Source: Craspedostauros australis (Eukaryota). Taken from it: a DNA stretch of 39,454 bases. The position numbers and the translations under genes were made by a program. Under the pieces are notes generated by a model. The model worked only from the letters and a program-made list of their open reading frames with translations, made no database searches and was not told where the DNA came from. Positions 10,830 to 20,673 of this stretch are shown in pieces. The first letter of the stretch is position 1. The number at the start of each line of letters is the position of its first letter. The stretch spans positions 62,001 to 101,454 of the forward strand of contig JALAGF010003778.1 of assembly GCA_030167865.1 (NCBI GenBank). Reading direction: 5' to 3'.

Positions 10830-11876
10830 ATGGCCGCAACAACCGAAGACCTGACCGGCACAGATGCCTACACCAGCGTCCCGACCTTCGAGGACGTGAA
10901 GGACGCCGCCGCCGTCCTGGAAGGCGTGGCCCACAGAACACCCGTCGAGACCAGCCGCCGCCTCAACGAGGAACTGGGAGTCAAGGTCTTCTGCAAGGCG
11001 GAGAACAAGCAGCGCACGGGATCCTTCAAGTTCCGAGGTGCGTACTACTCCGTCTCCAAGCTCACCCCGGAACAACGCGAGAAGGGCATCTTCACCGCCT
11101 CGTCCGGCAACCACGCGCAGGCCCTGTCGCTCAGCTCCTCTCTGCAGGGAGTCGACGTCAGCGTCATCATGCCCAACGACGCGCCCGTCATCAAGGCGAC
11201 AGCCACCAAGGGATACGGCGGCAACGTCATCCGGTACGACCGATACAAGGAAGAGCGCGCGGACGTCGTCGCGGCCTACAAAGAGAAGACTGGCCGCCAC
11301 TTCCTGCCGTCCTACGACTACAAGTACACCATCGCGGGACAGGGCACCGCCGCCAAGGAGCTCATCGAGCAGGTGGAGGAGATGGGGGAAGGCCCGTTGG
11401 ATTACATCGTGGTCTGCCTGGGCGGCGGCGGCATCTCGTCTGGCACTGCGCTTTCGGCCAACGCCTTGTCGCCCACCACGAAGGTCATCAGCGTCGAGCC
11501 GGAGAGCACGAATCGCGGACGCGGCGCGATGGAGCAGAACAAGGTCATCGCCGTCGAAACGCCGCATACCATCGCGGATGGCGCACAGAGCACGCGCATG
11601 GGCTATCTCACCTTTGCCATCATCTCGAAGATGGTGGAAAAGATCGTCGGCGTCACCGATGACGAGATCGTGGAAGCTATGGAAGATTTCGCCAACCGCA
11701 TGAAGATGATCGTGGAACCGACCGGATGCTTGTCTATGGCGGGTCTCAAGAAGCTCGTCAAGAGTGGCGAGATCCCGCCCGGCAGCAAGTGCGGCGTCAT
11801 CGTCACAGGAGGCAACGTCGACATGGATCGCTTCTGTCGTTTGCTCACGGAGAAGGCGCAGAAGAATTCCAAGTGA
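10830..11876 (+). CDS. Fold-type II PLP enzyme, serine racemase / L-threo-3-hydroxyaspartate ammonia-lyase (SRY1-like) subfamily, 348 aa
   Basis: Motifs HRTPV, KAENKQRTGSFKFRGA (PLP Lys), ASSGNHAQA, MPNDAPVIK, YGGNVIRYDRY, IAGQGTAAKEL, CLGGGG, TIADGAQ, RMKMIVEPTGCL and GGNVD. There is no C-terminal ACT/regulatory domain, so it is not the biosynthetic IlvA type. The ATG at 10830 follows a CA-rich leader. Intronless, with strong C/G third-position bias. Confidence 0.92.
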   Translation: MAATTEDLTGTDAYTSVPTFEDVKDAAAVLEGVAHRTPVETSRRLNEELGVKVFCKAENKQRTGSFKFRGAYYSVSKLTPEQREKGIFTASSGNHAQALSLSSSLQGVDVSVIMPNDAPVIKATATKGYGGNVIRYDRYKEERADVVAAYKEKTGRHFLPSYDYKYTIAGQGTAAKELIEQVEEMGEGPLDYIVVCLGGGGISSGTALSANALSPTTKVISVEPESTNRGRGAMEQNKVIAVETPHTIADGAQSTRMGYLTFAIISKMVEKIVGVTDDEIVEAMEDFANRMKMIVEPTGCLSMAGLKKLVKSGEIPPGSKCGVIVTGGNVDMDRFCRLLTEKAQKNSK

Positions 11877-12053
11877 AGCGTTTGAACTCCTATTCGTAGG
11901 ACTCGTTATCGCAGATCGGCTAAACTCTCTGTGCAGAGTAGATCGCAGAATACTCTACCATGGCTATTATATTGTATGTTCAATTTTATTTTGCTCCCAC
12001 AACCAGTGCTTCTCGCTTTCGCCGCAAACCCAGTACTCGTACGCATAATATGA

Positions 12054-13865
12054 TCAACGAAAGAACCTGCCGCTCTGCAACGATGCATCCCACAAGGCCG
12101 GAGGTGTCCTGGCGAGACGCAGGGTTTGCTTTTCTGTCAAGGCTGGCAGTCCATGGTCAAGGTTACCATTGGCATCATCCCTGTCACTCCCATCGTCACT
12201 CTCGCTGCCGTCACTCCCGCTGCCGTCACTATCACCACTGCTATCATCATACGCGGATGAGCACCCCGCCTCTTCCATGACTTGCGCCAACCTCGGACGC
12301 AAGCGTTTGCGGACAGAAAAACTGAACAGCGACGCATCCTTGCGCAGCATCGCCACGGCCGCCGTTCGATCGCCTCCCAAACACTGCGTGTAAAAGTCGA
12401 ACGTCGGCTGCAAGTTGTTGTCAATGGACAGTCCGAATATCGTGGGCAAACGCCGCACCATGAATGCCAGATCGGCCTTGCTTTCGAGATGGAAGGCATC
12501 CTGCAGCCAATCCAACGTCGGGTCGATGCTGGTCTCGATGCCGACCGTGAAGATGGCCGGGCGCACGGCGATGATGGCTGTCAGTTCCGACGTCGTCATG
12601 TCCAAGCGTTGCTGCAGATGATCGATCTTGGGTTGGAGATTGGTTTCCACGCTGAGGCCGAGGATGGTCGGGCTGCGCAGTATGATCTTGCGGACCTTCG
12701 TCGACGCTTGTGAGAATTGAGGGTTGGCTGCATTGTTGCTTGCGTCATGATTGGCACCACCAATGCCGCGTCCGCGTATCGTGTTGCCATGACTGCCATT
12801 CGCATCGGTACCGCCACCGTTGCCCATGAACCGACCAGCACGTCCACCATGCTGTTCTGAGTTCGTGTAGGTTGCTGCTGTGTTGAACGTGCCGCCTCCA
12901 TTGCGACCACTCACGCTGGTGCGAGCACAAGTACTGGCATTGCTGTCCATCGCATTCGATGTTGCAGAATCCGAACGCATGATCTTCTCCAACCACAGTA
13001 TCGTCACCTCCAGGTTCTCGTGGCTGCTGAATCCAAAGAGCGAGGGTCGGGCAATGACAATCTTGCGCAGCTGATCGTCATCGAGATCCAGCCGCCGCTG
13101 CAGGTACTGGATCTTGAGGTTGAGGTTGGAATCTGGATCGTAGCCCAGCACGGCCGGGAAGGTCGTGATTATCCTGCACATTTGAGCATCCGAGAGATCC
13201 AGCTTCGTCTCCAACCACCGTGTCGTGGGAATGATGTTGTCATCCAACGACAGCCCAAGTATCTGCGGCGCTCTCTGGATGACGCGGGCGGACAGCTGCG
13301 ATGGCGTCATGGACAGCCTGCTCTCCAGGTAGGAGAGCTTTGGCTCCAGATTGTTTTCGATGTGATACCTCGTGATCTGCGGATGCCTCTGGATCATGCG
13401 CTGCAGCTTGGCGTTGCTCAAACGCAGGCGCTGTTTCAACCAGGTGGCTGTGATGTTGGTGGGCGACGTGGCATTTGCATTCGTGAAGTAATCCTCGAAC
13501 TTCGCGGTCGTCCTCAAGCTGTCTGTCCTTTCTCTCGCTCTCGATGCTGCATCTTCAGCAACCGTTCGTTGTGTCATGGTGAACTCGTCATATCCGACTT
13601 GCGTCGTGGGTGTGCCACCTAACCGAACTTGGCGTTGTCTGCTGCGCGTTGCGCTGCATGATCTGTCGCATGTTCGAGTGGGTGCAACACCAAAGGTCGC
13701 GGTCGATTGGATGATTGGGAGGCCTATGCACCTCGTGCTTTCGCAAAATATGGATGTGGCAAATGAGTGTACCGAAGGCACCATCAGCAGCGCAGACAGG
13801 AAGACAGTGCCAATGATCGACAGCAAGATACAGCGAGGTGTTCCTCTGAACCTGTTCAACTTCAT
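12054..13865 (-). CDS. mTERF-family repeat protein (~603 aa), predicted plastid-targeted
   Basis: Repeated ~36-aa mTERF motifs (e.g. IQRHPQITRYHIENNLEPKLSYL, RAPQILGLSLDDNIIPTTRWL, TFPAVLGYDPDSNLNLKIQYL, RSPTILGLSVETNLQPKIDHL) end in the typical FSFSVRKRLRPR. From Met 13865 there is a hydrophobic signal ending VHS-F, followed by an S/T/R-rich transit-like stretch. The upstream part of the 722-aa track ORF crosses a (GA)n microsatellite and is probably non-coding. Confidence 0.88.
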   Translation of the reverse strand: MKLNRFRGTPRCILLSIIGTVFLSALLMVPSVHSFATSIFCESTRCIGLPIIQSTATFGVAPTRTCDRSCSATRSRQRQVRLGGTPTTQVGYDEFTMTQRTVAEDAASRARERTDSLRTTAKFEDYFTNANATSPTNITATWLKQRLRLSNAKLQRMIQRHPQITRYHIENNLEPKLSYLESRLSMTPSQLSARVIQRAPQILGLSLDDNIIPTTRWLETKLDLSDAQMCRIITTFPAVLGYDPDSNLNLKIQYLQRRLDLDDDQLRKIVIARPSLFGFSSHENLEVTILWLEKIMRSDSATSNAMDSNASTCARTSVSGRNGGGTFNTAATYTNSEQHGGRAGRFMGNGGGTDANGSHGNTIRGRGIGGANHDASNNAANPQFSQASTKVRKIILRSPTILGLSVETNLQPKIDHLQQRLDMTTSELTAIIAVRPAIFTVGIETSIDPTLDWLQDAFHLESKADLAFMVRRLPTIFGLSIDNNLQPTFDFYTQCLGGDRTAAVAMLRKDASLFSFSVRKRLRPRLAQVMEEAGCSSAYDDSSGDSDGSGSDGSESDDGSDRDDANGNLDHGLPALTEKQTLRLARTPPALWDASLQSGRFFR

Positions 13866-14037
13866 CGTTCCCGCCGATCTTCTCTGTGGCAATTTGGCTC
13901 CTCCGAACGTGGACGTGAGCTTGAGGAGACGTCGGGTGGCAGCTGGATTGAATGCGAGATGACCTTCTCTGCGCAGTAGTCGTAGAGCAGACCAGATTAT
14001 TGGAGGGCCTTCAACGCTTTCTCTTCCTTTCCCTTCC

Positions 14038-14038
<1 letters not shown>

Positions 14039-14072
<34 letters not shown>
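14039..14072 (+). repeat. (TC)17 microsatellite
   Basis: Seen directly, about 175 nt upstream of the mTERF start codon. Confidence 0.95.
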
Positions 14073-14077
<5 letters not shown>

Positions 14078-14876
14078 TGTCCCAGAAATGCAGACCAAAG
14101 TGCAAAGTCGTCTTGTTGCGTTGTTCTTGTCCATTGGAGGACGGAATCGTTGAATTCACATTTTCGCCAATGGTTTTGTGGCGCGGAAACGGAAATCGAC
14201 ATTTCCGCGAGTCTGTCATCACGTCCGGGTTGCATGGCGAGCATCACAAACAGCTGCGCGCTGCCATTCACCATCAACCACCGTTACCAACAAGAATTCG
14301 CCGCGTCGCAATGTTGTTCTGATTTCAAGTACTTCTTATTTAGTACATACAAAAATATGAATACTACGGGTGTGGCTTCAACTTCATTTTGTTCACGAAT
14401 CCATTCCCGTGGCTCTTTCGATGTGACGTCACCACATGCTGTCTTGGTCGGACCAATCGAATCGTGAGAACTGTTCATTCACGAAATCGCAATCACGCCA
14501 CGAGCCAGTCAGTCAAGCAGTCTTGTCAAATGCCAAACTGAAGACAGAAATGACACAAGAAAAAAGGGAAGGGACAAAAACACTACAGAAAAATGCCGTG
14601 AGGGAAAAAGTCGCGCACAGAACATCGCCGTTTCTTTGGAGGGAAGAGGGGCTCAAGCGAACAGCGCAACGGACGAGACACTCATGCCACGCAAGGGCAA
14701 GAGAGCACAACGGAGCACAAGGGAGAGCATCATTGCAAAGAGACAAGCCAAGTGAGACCACCACACAAGAGAGAAGGGAAGAGGGAGACAGCAGCAGGGC
14801 AAGGAGAGTAAGAGTAGAGAGGGAACGCATCAGCTGTCTTTCTTGATCTGCAACATCGGGGCAGGTCTTTACTTGG

Positions 14877-14910
14877 AGGCAATCCACAACAAGGCAATCC
14901 ACAACAAGGC
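14877..14910 (+). repeat. 15-bp direct tandem duplication (AGGCAATCCACAACA)x2 plus a partial copy
   Basis: Seen directly, about 150 nt upstream of the EGF-B ATG. Confidence 0.8.
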
Positions 14911-15049
14911 CACAAGGGGCAGTCTCAGTCATCACGTTCGTATTGGTGCGAGGATCAAACGGTTGCCAAGCCTCACAAATCGCCAAACAGTCTCACCACC
15001 ACCAACAGCAGCAGCACCAACAGCCGCACTCGCAGCACCATCAGCAAAG

Positions 15050-17876
15050 ATGACGATAGCACAGGGATCAAAGCAATGGCTTCGCAAGGGAATGCGGCCA
15101 TGCGCAGTCCTGCTGTTCCTGGCGGTGCTGCTGGCACCAGGAGGTGGCGGTGACATCGGCTCCCACTCCGGCGCAGCTGTTGGTGGCAACAGCGCCGGAA
15201 GATCAGGCATGATGATGGCGCGGGCGGCGGGCAATGACGTCCCCGATGACTCCTGTCCTTTGGAATGCAAGAACGGGTCCACCTGCAAGGCCGGCAGTGC
15301 CTCGTTTGATGGCCAGCCCCTCAACAGGAACAACAAGCCGCTGCCGGTCAACGAGGTCGCGACCGTGCAAGGCCACTACTGCGAATGCCCCGCTGGCTTC
15401 ACGGGCGTGGACTGCGCCACTGTGTACACACCCTGCGACGATGGCAACTCCACGCATGCATGCTACAACCACGGTGTGTGCGTCGAGTTCAAAGACAGCA
15501 GCGGGAGCTCGTCCAACTTCCAGTGCGACTGCAGCTCCGCGGTCAATGCAGACGACATCCCGTACGCCGGAAAGTACTGCGCTGACCCAGCCACCGTGGA
15601 ATGCAAGAGCTCCGTTGCGCAGCTCAATCCCAAGCTTCGCTTCCGTGGCTTCTGCATGAATGGCGGAACCTGCGGCGGCAACAACCTGTCGCCTTGCTCC
15701 TGTCCGCAGGACTACTGGGGGATCCATTGCGAGTATGAGAAGACGGAGTTCTCGGAATGCAACCTGGAATGCCAGAACGGAGCGACCTGCCAGATCGGCG
15801 TGCCGCCCACCAAGGGATCGGACGTCTACGACTACTGGAAGCACTATCACACAGACCAATTCGCCTACTGCCAGTGCGCCAGCGGCAACGCAGGCTTGTT
15901 CTGCGAGGCCTCCGAAGTCTCATGCGGGGACAGCGGCGTCGACTGCTTCCACGGCAGCACCTGCGTGGCAGGTTCCGATTCCGGCGAGTACTTTTGCGAT
16001 TGCAACGAGGCCAACAAGCTCAACAACGGAATCTACGCTGGTCGGTTCTGTCAGTACGAAGCCACCGCCATATGCGGCAGAAATCACAACGGCAAGAACT
16101 TCTGTGTCAATGGGGGGAAATGCGTTCACACTGGCAACGGGTACGTGGAAACATATGGTACCGTCAGCGCAGCACAGATTGCGGCAGATCGCATTGCTTG
16201 GGGTTGAGCATGGATGGGTCTGAACCAAGATCTTGTCCGCACTACGAGGATGTTGTCTTGAGGTTCTCGTGCCGTTTCCATGATCGCGTCTGTGGAGCAG
16301 GATCAACGCTTCCGGTCCATCCACACGACAGTCATTCGATTGCTTTTGCGAGCGTCAGTTGGCGACTCTGCTTCGGATGCACCCATTCATGTGTGGATGT
16401 CACTCCATGCTCGGGTTCATGGCTGTGTATTTTGGAGACATTGTAATGTGCTTGCTCCTTGAATACACGTATCTGGCTTACCCACAATTTGCATCTACCA
16501 TGCTCTATTTCATTACCAAACGTGGCATGCTGGATCTGCGTGAATGTGGTGGGGGTGCAACGCTTTTTCAATACTCTGCACCGGACATGCACTTGCAATA
16601 CTGCTCTATTCTATTCTATTACATCCTATTCTGCGATCCTCTCCTCCACAACAGAATCTTCTCGTGCGCCTGTCCGGACAACTTCCACGGTCCGAACTGC
16701 GAATTCCCGGACGATCAACCAGACAACGATGAAGAATACGAGGGATGCAACCTCGTGTGCGACAATGGAGGGCAGTGCAGGAAGGGATCCAAACAACCCG
16801 TCCAGATCACCTTGACGGATGTTTCACCAGAGGTCAGAAAAGCGATCGCAAGGCATCACAACGACGACTTCGAGCACTGCGTCTGCCCAACAGGCTACAC
16901 CGGACTCACCTGCGAACTGGAGGCCGACGATTGCGGCAACGGCGAGCACATGTGCCTGCACGGATCGAAGTGCGTCCAGGGTGCCGCCGGCACGTGGTCC
17001 TGCGACTGCGCGGAAGCCTTCACGGCCGAGCGCAAGGTGGCCGGCACATTCTGTCAGCACCACCACACGTCCACCTGCACGCCCGATAACCAGCCGACGA
17101 TCTACAGCGGACCGACGAGCTTCGCCTTTTGCGTCAACGATGGCATCTGCGCAGACATTGTGGTGGATGGTGAAAGGTATGTGGTTGATGATGCGATGCT
17201 TGTGAGATGCGCTCTCGTAGTCGCTGCATACGAACATGCATGCAGGGGCTTGTGCGTTTCGTTGTCTCGGCGCTCTATGTGCAACAATAAGTTGGTTCGC
17301 TGCGCAGCTCGTCACAGCTGCGATCGCTGCCGTGCGACCATCCTTTCTTTGTTGCGCTACGCACTGAGCAGTTTTCAGAGCTCCTACCGCAATCCTTGGA
17401 TCTAACACATGCATCAATCTCGCCATACTCTCATCCAATATGCATGGTACTCTATTCAAATGAATTATGGACATGCTCATACTCATGGGCATATTCTACT
17501 CAAATCATCGCAACCTGAACACGAACGAATGAATGAACGAATGAACTTCTTCGCATCTCCGCGCAGCCATCCTGGATGCGACTGTCCAGATGGATACGTT
17601 GGACGCCACTGCGAGTTGCTGGCGGCTGAGCATCCGAAGTACAGACCGATACAGCCGGAAAGCGATTCGGGCGATGGCGTCAGCGCCTTCATGTACGTCG
17701 CCGTCATCCTGGCTTCGATGCTGCTATTTGCGTCTCTCCTGTTCCTTCGTCAGCTGAAGATCAGGGACCAAAAGCGCCAAGAAATCCTTGCCAGAAGCCG
17801 CATTGATCACAGGGCAACAACGAAGAACAACGAGATCCACATCGAGGAGGAGTTTGATGAGATTGAGTTGTCTTAA
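15050..17876 (+). CDS. EGF-B: type I membrane protein with 9 EGF-like modules (~640 aa), paralog of EGF-A. Exons 15050..16140, 16655..17176, 17567..17876.
   Basis: N-terminal hydrophobic segment CAVLLFLAVLLAP (the start could alternatively be the Met of MRPCAV). Intron 1 is 16141..16654 (GG|GTACGT ... ACAACAG|A). Intron 2 is 17177..17566 (AG|GTATGT ... GCGCAG|C). Both are phase 2, and the junctions give HTGNG/IFSCAC and VDGES/HPGCDC. Spliced length is 1923 nt, a multiple of 3. TM helix FMYVAVILASMLLFASLLFL is followed by a ~45-aa tail. Confidence 0.9.
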
Positions 17877-18738
17877 ATGTTAGGGTAGATGCTCCATTCG
17901 TATGTACCATAGATCATTGGTCGTACAACACGCGTGGCTCGTATCGATGCTCTCTGGACATTTGGGGCGGCAAAGGATGAAGATTCGTGACCGTCCGGAA
18001 ACGCATCGCCCTGCCACAAACACAGACAAGGTGTCACAGTCTCTTGGAAGAATTCGTCACTTTGTCTTCGTCACATGATGTGAAGTTGCATTCGCTCCTG
18101 GAATTCCATTGTGCTGCAACAACACGAACCGGTTGGACTTGGCTCGCTCAGCGACTCAATGTGAAGTACAAGCATGAATTAGTACTCGTATTCCACAACA
18201 AATCGAGGGAGGATCGTGATGAGGTGACGATGGCCACCGCCGTGTGCCGCTGCCGACTGATAGGTTGGACTCGTTCTCACTCGGAGGGGGTACTGACAAT
18301 GGGGCCTCGGCGATTGGATAGCAACAGAGTACTGCACTCCATCCATTCCTACATATACATATAGCACAATACTATACTACTATTGGTGCAGCTATGGCAC
18401 TGTTCATGATGCTCTTTTTTACTGGGAAGTTGTGTCGTTCCACGAGGACTCGTCATCACCCGTGCCATTCTACTCGTATTGTTCTGCATCTCAAAAGCGA
18501 TAGCTTGGAAGATAGTGCCGCACCGCAAAGAGGAGGTTCTCCTGGTAATGATTCGTCCACAGCATCATCATCGTCATCGTCATCGTCGTTGCGCTGTGGT
18601 TCTCACTACTATTATTATTGTACATGCTGTTGTGCAAATACGAGTAGGGTACGAATAATCATAGAATACGAGCTATTGGTGGAGTAGACGAGAGATAGCA
18701 TCAACCATCTGCGTGCTTTCATGAAATAGCTGTGGTCA

Positions 18739-18762
18739 AGAGAGAGAGAGAGAGAGAGAGAG
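18739..18762 (+). repeat. (AG)12 microsatellite
   Basis: Seen directly in intergenic DNA. Confidence 0.95.
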
Positions 18763-20673
18763 CCAGGCACACAGGCACGCAGACACACAGAGGGAGAGCG
18801 CAGGGACTTCAACGATCACATCTCCGCCCTCTTATGGGTTTGGATTCCTCGCTTCGACGCCACCACGATGGTGGTTTGTGGATGACAAAAGCCCTGGTAC
18901 ACCCAACGCAAAGGCCCCACAAAGAAGCATGATTTCCCATCCATTCATGCGTGGATGTCATGACCGTCACTCGTCCTTTGTGTTGTGTCTGACACGACGC
19001 TGGGCACAGTAGTTGTTGTGATCGTGGTCGTGGTCGCGGTGTTGTGGTCGTACACGAACTATTCGTATCTTGGTCGGACGAGTACAAAAGGCGCCTCCCT
19101 GGCCACAAACGTCACAAGTACTGGTTCGCTGGTTGCGGAAGGCAACCGCGCTCCACATGTCGTTCCTTGGGAGAGGTTCAGCACAATATTTATCTTCACG
19201 GATCATGCCACACTGGGTATCGAATCATCAAGAGCATTGTTTGTGCGTCGAGTACTGCCTCAAAGATAGTTCTTCAAGTGTGAGTAGAGAGGGTTGATGA
19301 GGATGCAACGCTGGAGTACAGCACAGTGCATAGAATAGGTCGGACAGTGTTGGTGAAGCAGAGAATAGAACAAAGAATGGAATGGAGTAGAATGGGTGAG
19401 AGGGAGTTTGTGTGGCGATGCTGGCGCCGTCGGTTACTTCACCACAATACCAGAGGATACATTCGCAATGGATGTTGCTCTTGGGATCGCGAGTCTTGGC
19501 GTGACGCTCCCATGTTGACAACAGTCCATGCTGACGATGACGTCAATACAACACAATAGTTCCGCTAACACAGAGTCGTCAGGATCATTGGAACCAGTGA
19601 CACAGACAGTGGCCGAGACACCAACATTCATAAGAACGGTGATGGTGTGATAGGAATGAAATTGAGAGTGGCACGGACAGCACCATAGAGACTATGACAG
19701 CATCTCAGCCACCTGTGCGCTTGCATGCTGGGACACAGAGAGGCAAAGACGAGTTTCTCGCTTCTTCTCTTGTTCGTGTCCTCTTCCGGAAAGCCGACAA
19801 GAAGCAGAACAGGTCGTCACAAAAGATGCGTTCGGGTGCGCGGTGGTGAGCCAAGGGAAAGCGCGTTGTGTCTGTGAGAAAAACAGTGCATAGTACAACA
19901 ACAACACAGCGCACAGCAGCTCGTGAAGGCACGTGGAAGTATCAGGAGAGTAACAGTTGACGATGTGCTGCCGTTCTTCAAGGTCACAGGCAGTTCCGTT
20001 GTGACTTTGTACTATTGAAGTTCTCTTACGTTTTGTGTCCCAGCTACAACGTGTTCCTAAGTGGCGAAGTGCATTGGTGTCTGTGAGCGACAGTTTTCGC
20101 TGGCAAGCGTTGTTCGTGAACCAACCAGAGGGCGAAACGCAACCACAGCCTCACGTACGGATCAGAATGACAGAATCGAAGCTCCAACACGCACAGAAGC
20201 GTCGTGGTGGCTCGTCCAGGTAGTGTGTGTACTACGTAGTCCCTGTGACCGCGCGGAGCGGAAAACATGCACTCGTCTGCGCACACAAGCACGCACACAT
20301 GCCCATGAGAAGGGCAGAATGATTCCACCACGTGAAAAAACGGAACGAAACAAAAAATGAAGAAAGCCTGTGGCGCCTCCCATGTGGCACTGTCACGAAG
20401 TTCGAGCCAATTATGGATTGACAGTGCCTGTGACGAATTGCTGCTCGCTGTGGCATGTCTGCCTCACGTCGCCTTTTGTTCCCGACACATGACGCGTGTT
20501 TTTTTTTCTGCATCGTGGACATAAACAGCCAAGGCAGTGTATGTACGCGTAGCGGTAGGTGAGGGACACAGCCAGCATGCGCGAGTGTGGTGCGCAAACG
20601 AAGCGACAAACAAAGAGCGAACACCAAGGTCCACAGTACGAGGGGTGGCTACGCGCTGACCCACACACACATG

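Noticed and set aside
13866-14222. 119-aa N-terminal extension of mTERF in the track ORF
   Set aside because: It contains (GA)n-derived ERERER and would bury the signal peptide. Met 13865 gives a proper bipartite presequence.
16359-17876. Introns that stay open in the coding frame for long stretches (EGF-B intron 2 is 390 nt with a single in-frame stop; EGF-A intron 1 is open in the exon 2 frame)
   Set aside because: Non-coding DNA throughout this window is poor in stop codons, as the many 100-200 codon spurious ORFs show. The intronic translations are not protein-like, so readthrough or recoding is not supported.
3669-17876. Annotation of the EGF proteins as Notch, Delta or teneurin orthologs
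   Set aside because: No DSL, LNR, ankyrin, YD or calcium-binding EGF consensus. The similarity is limited to generic 6-Cys EGF spacing.
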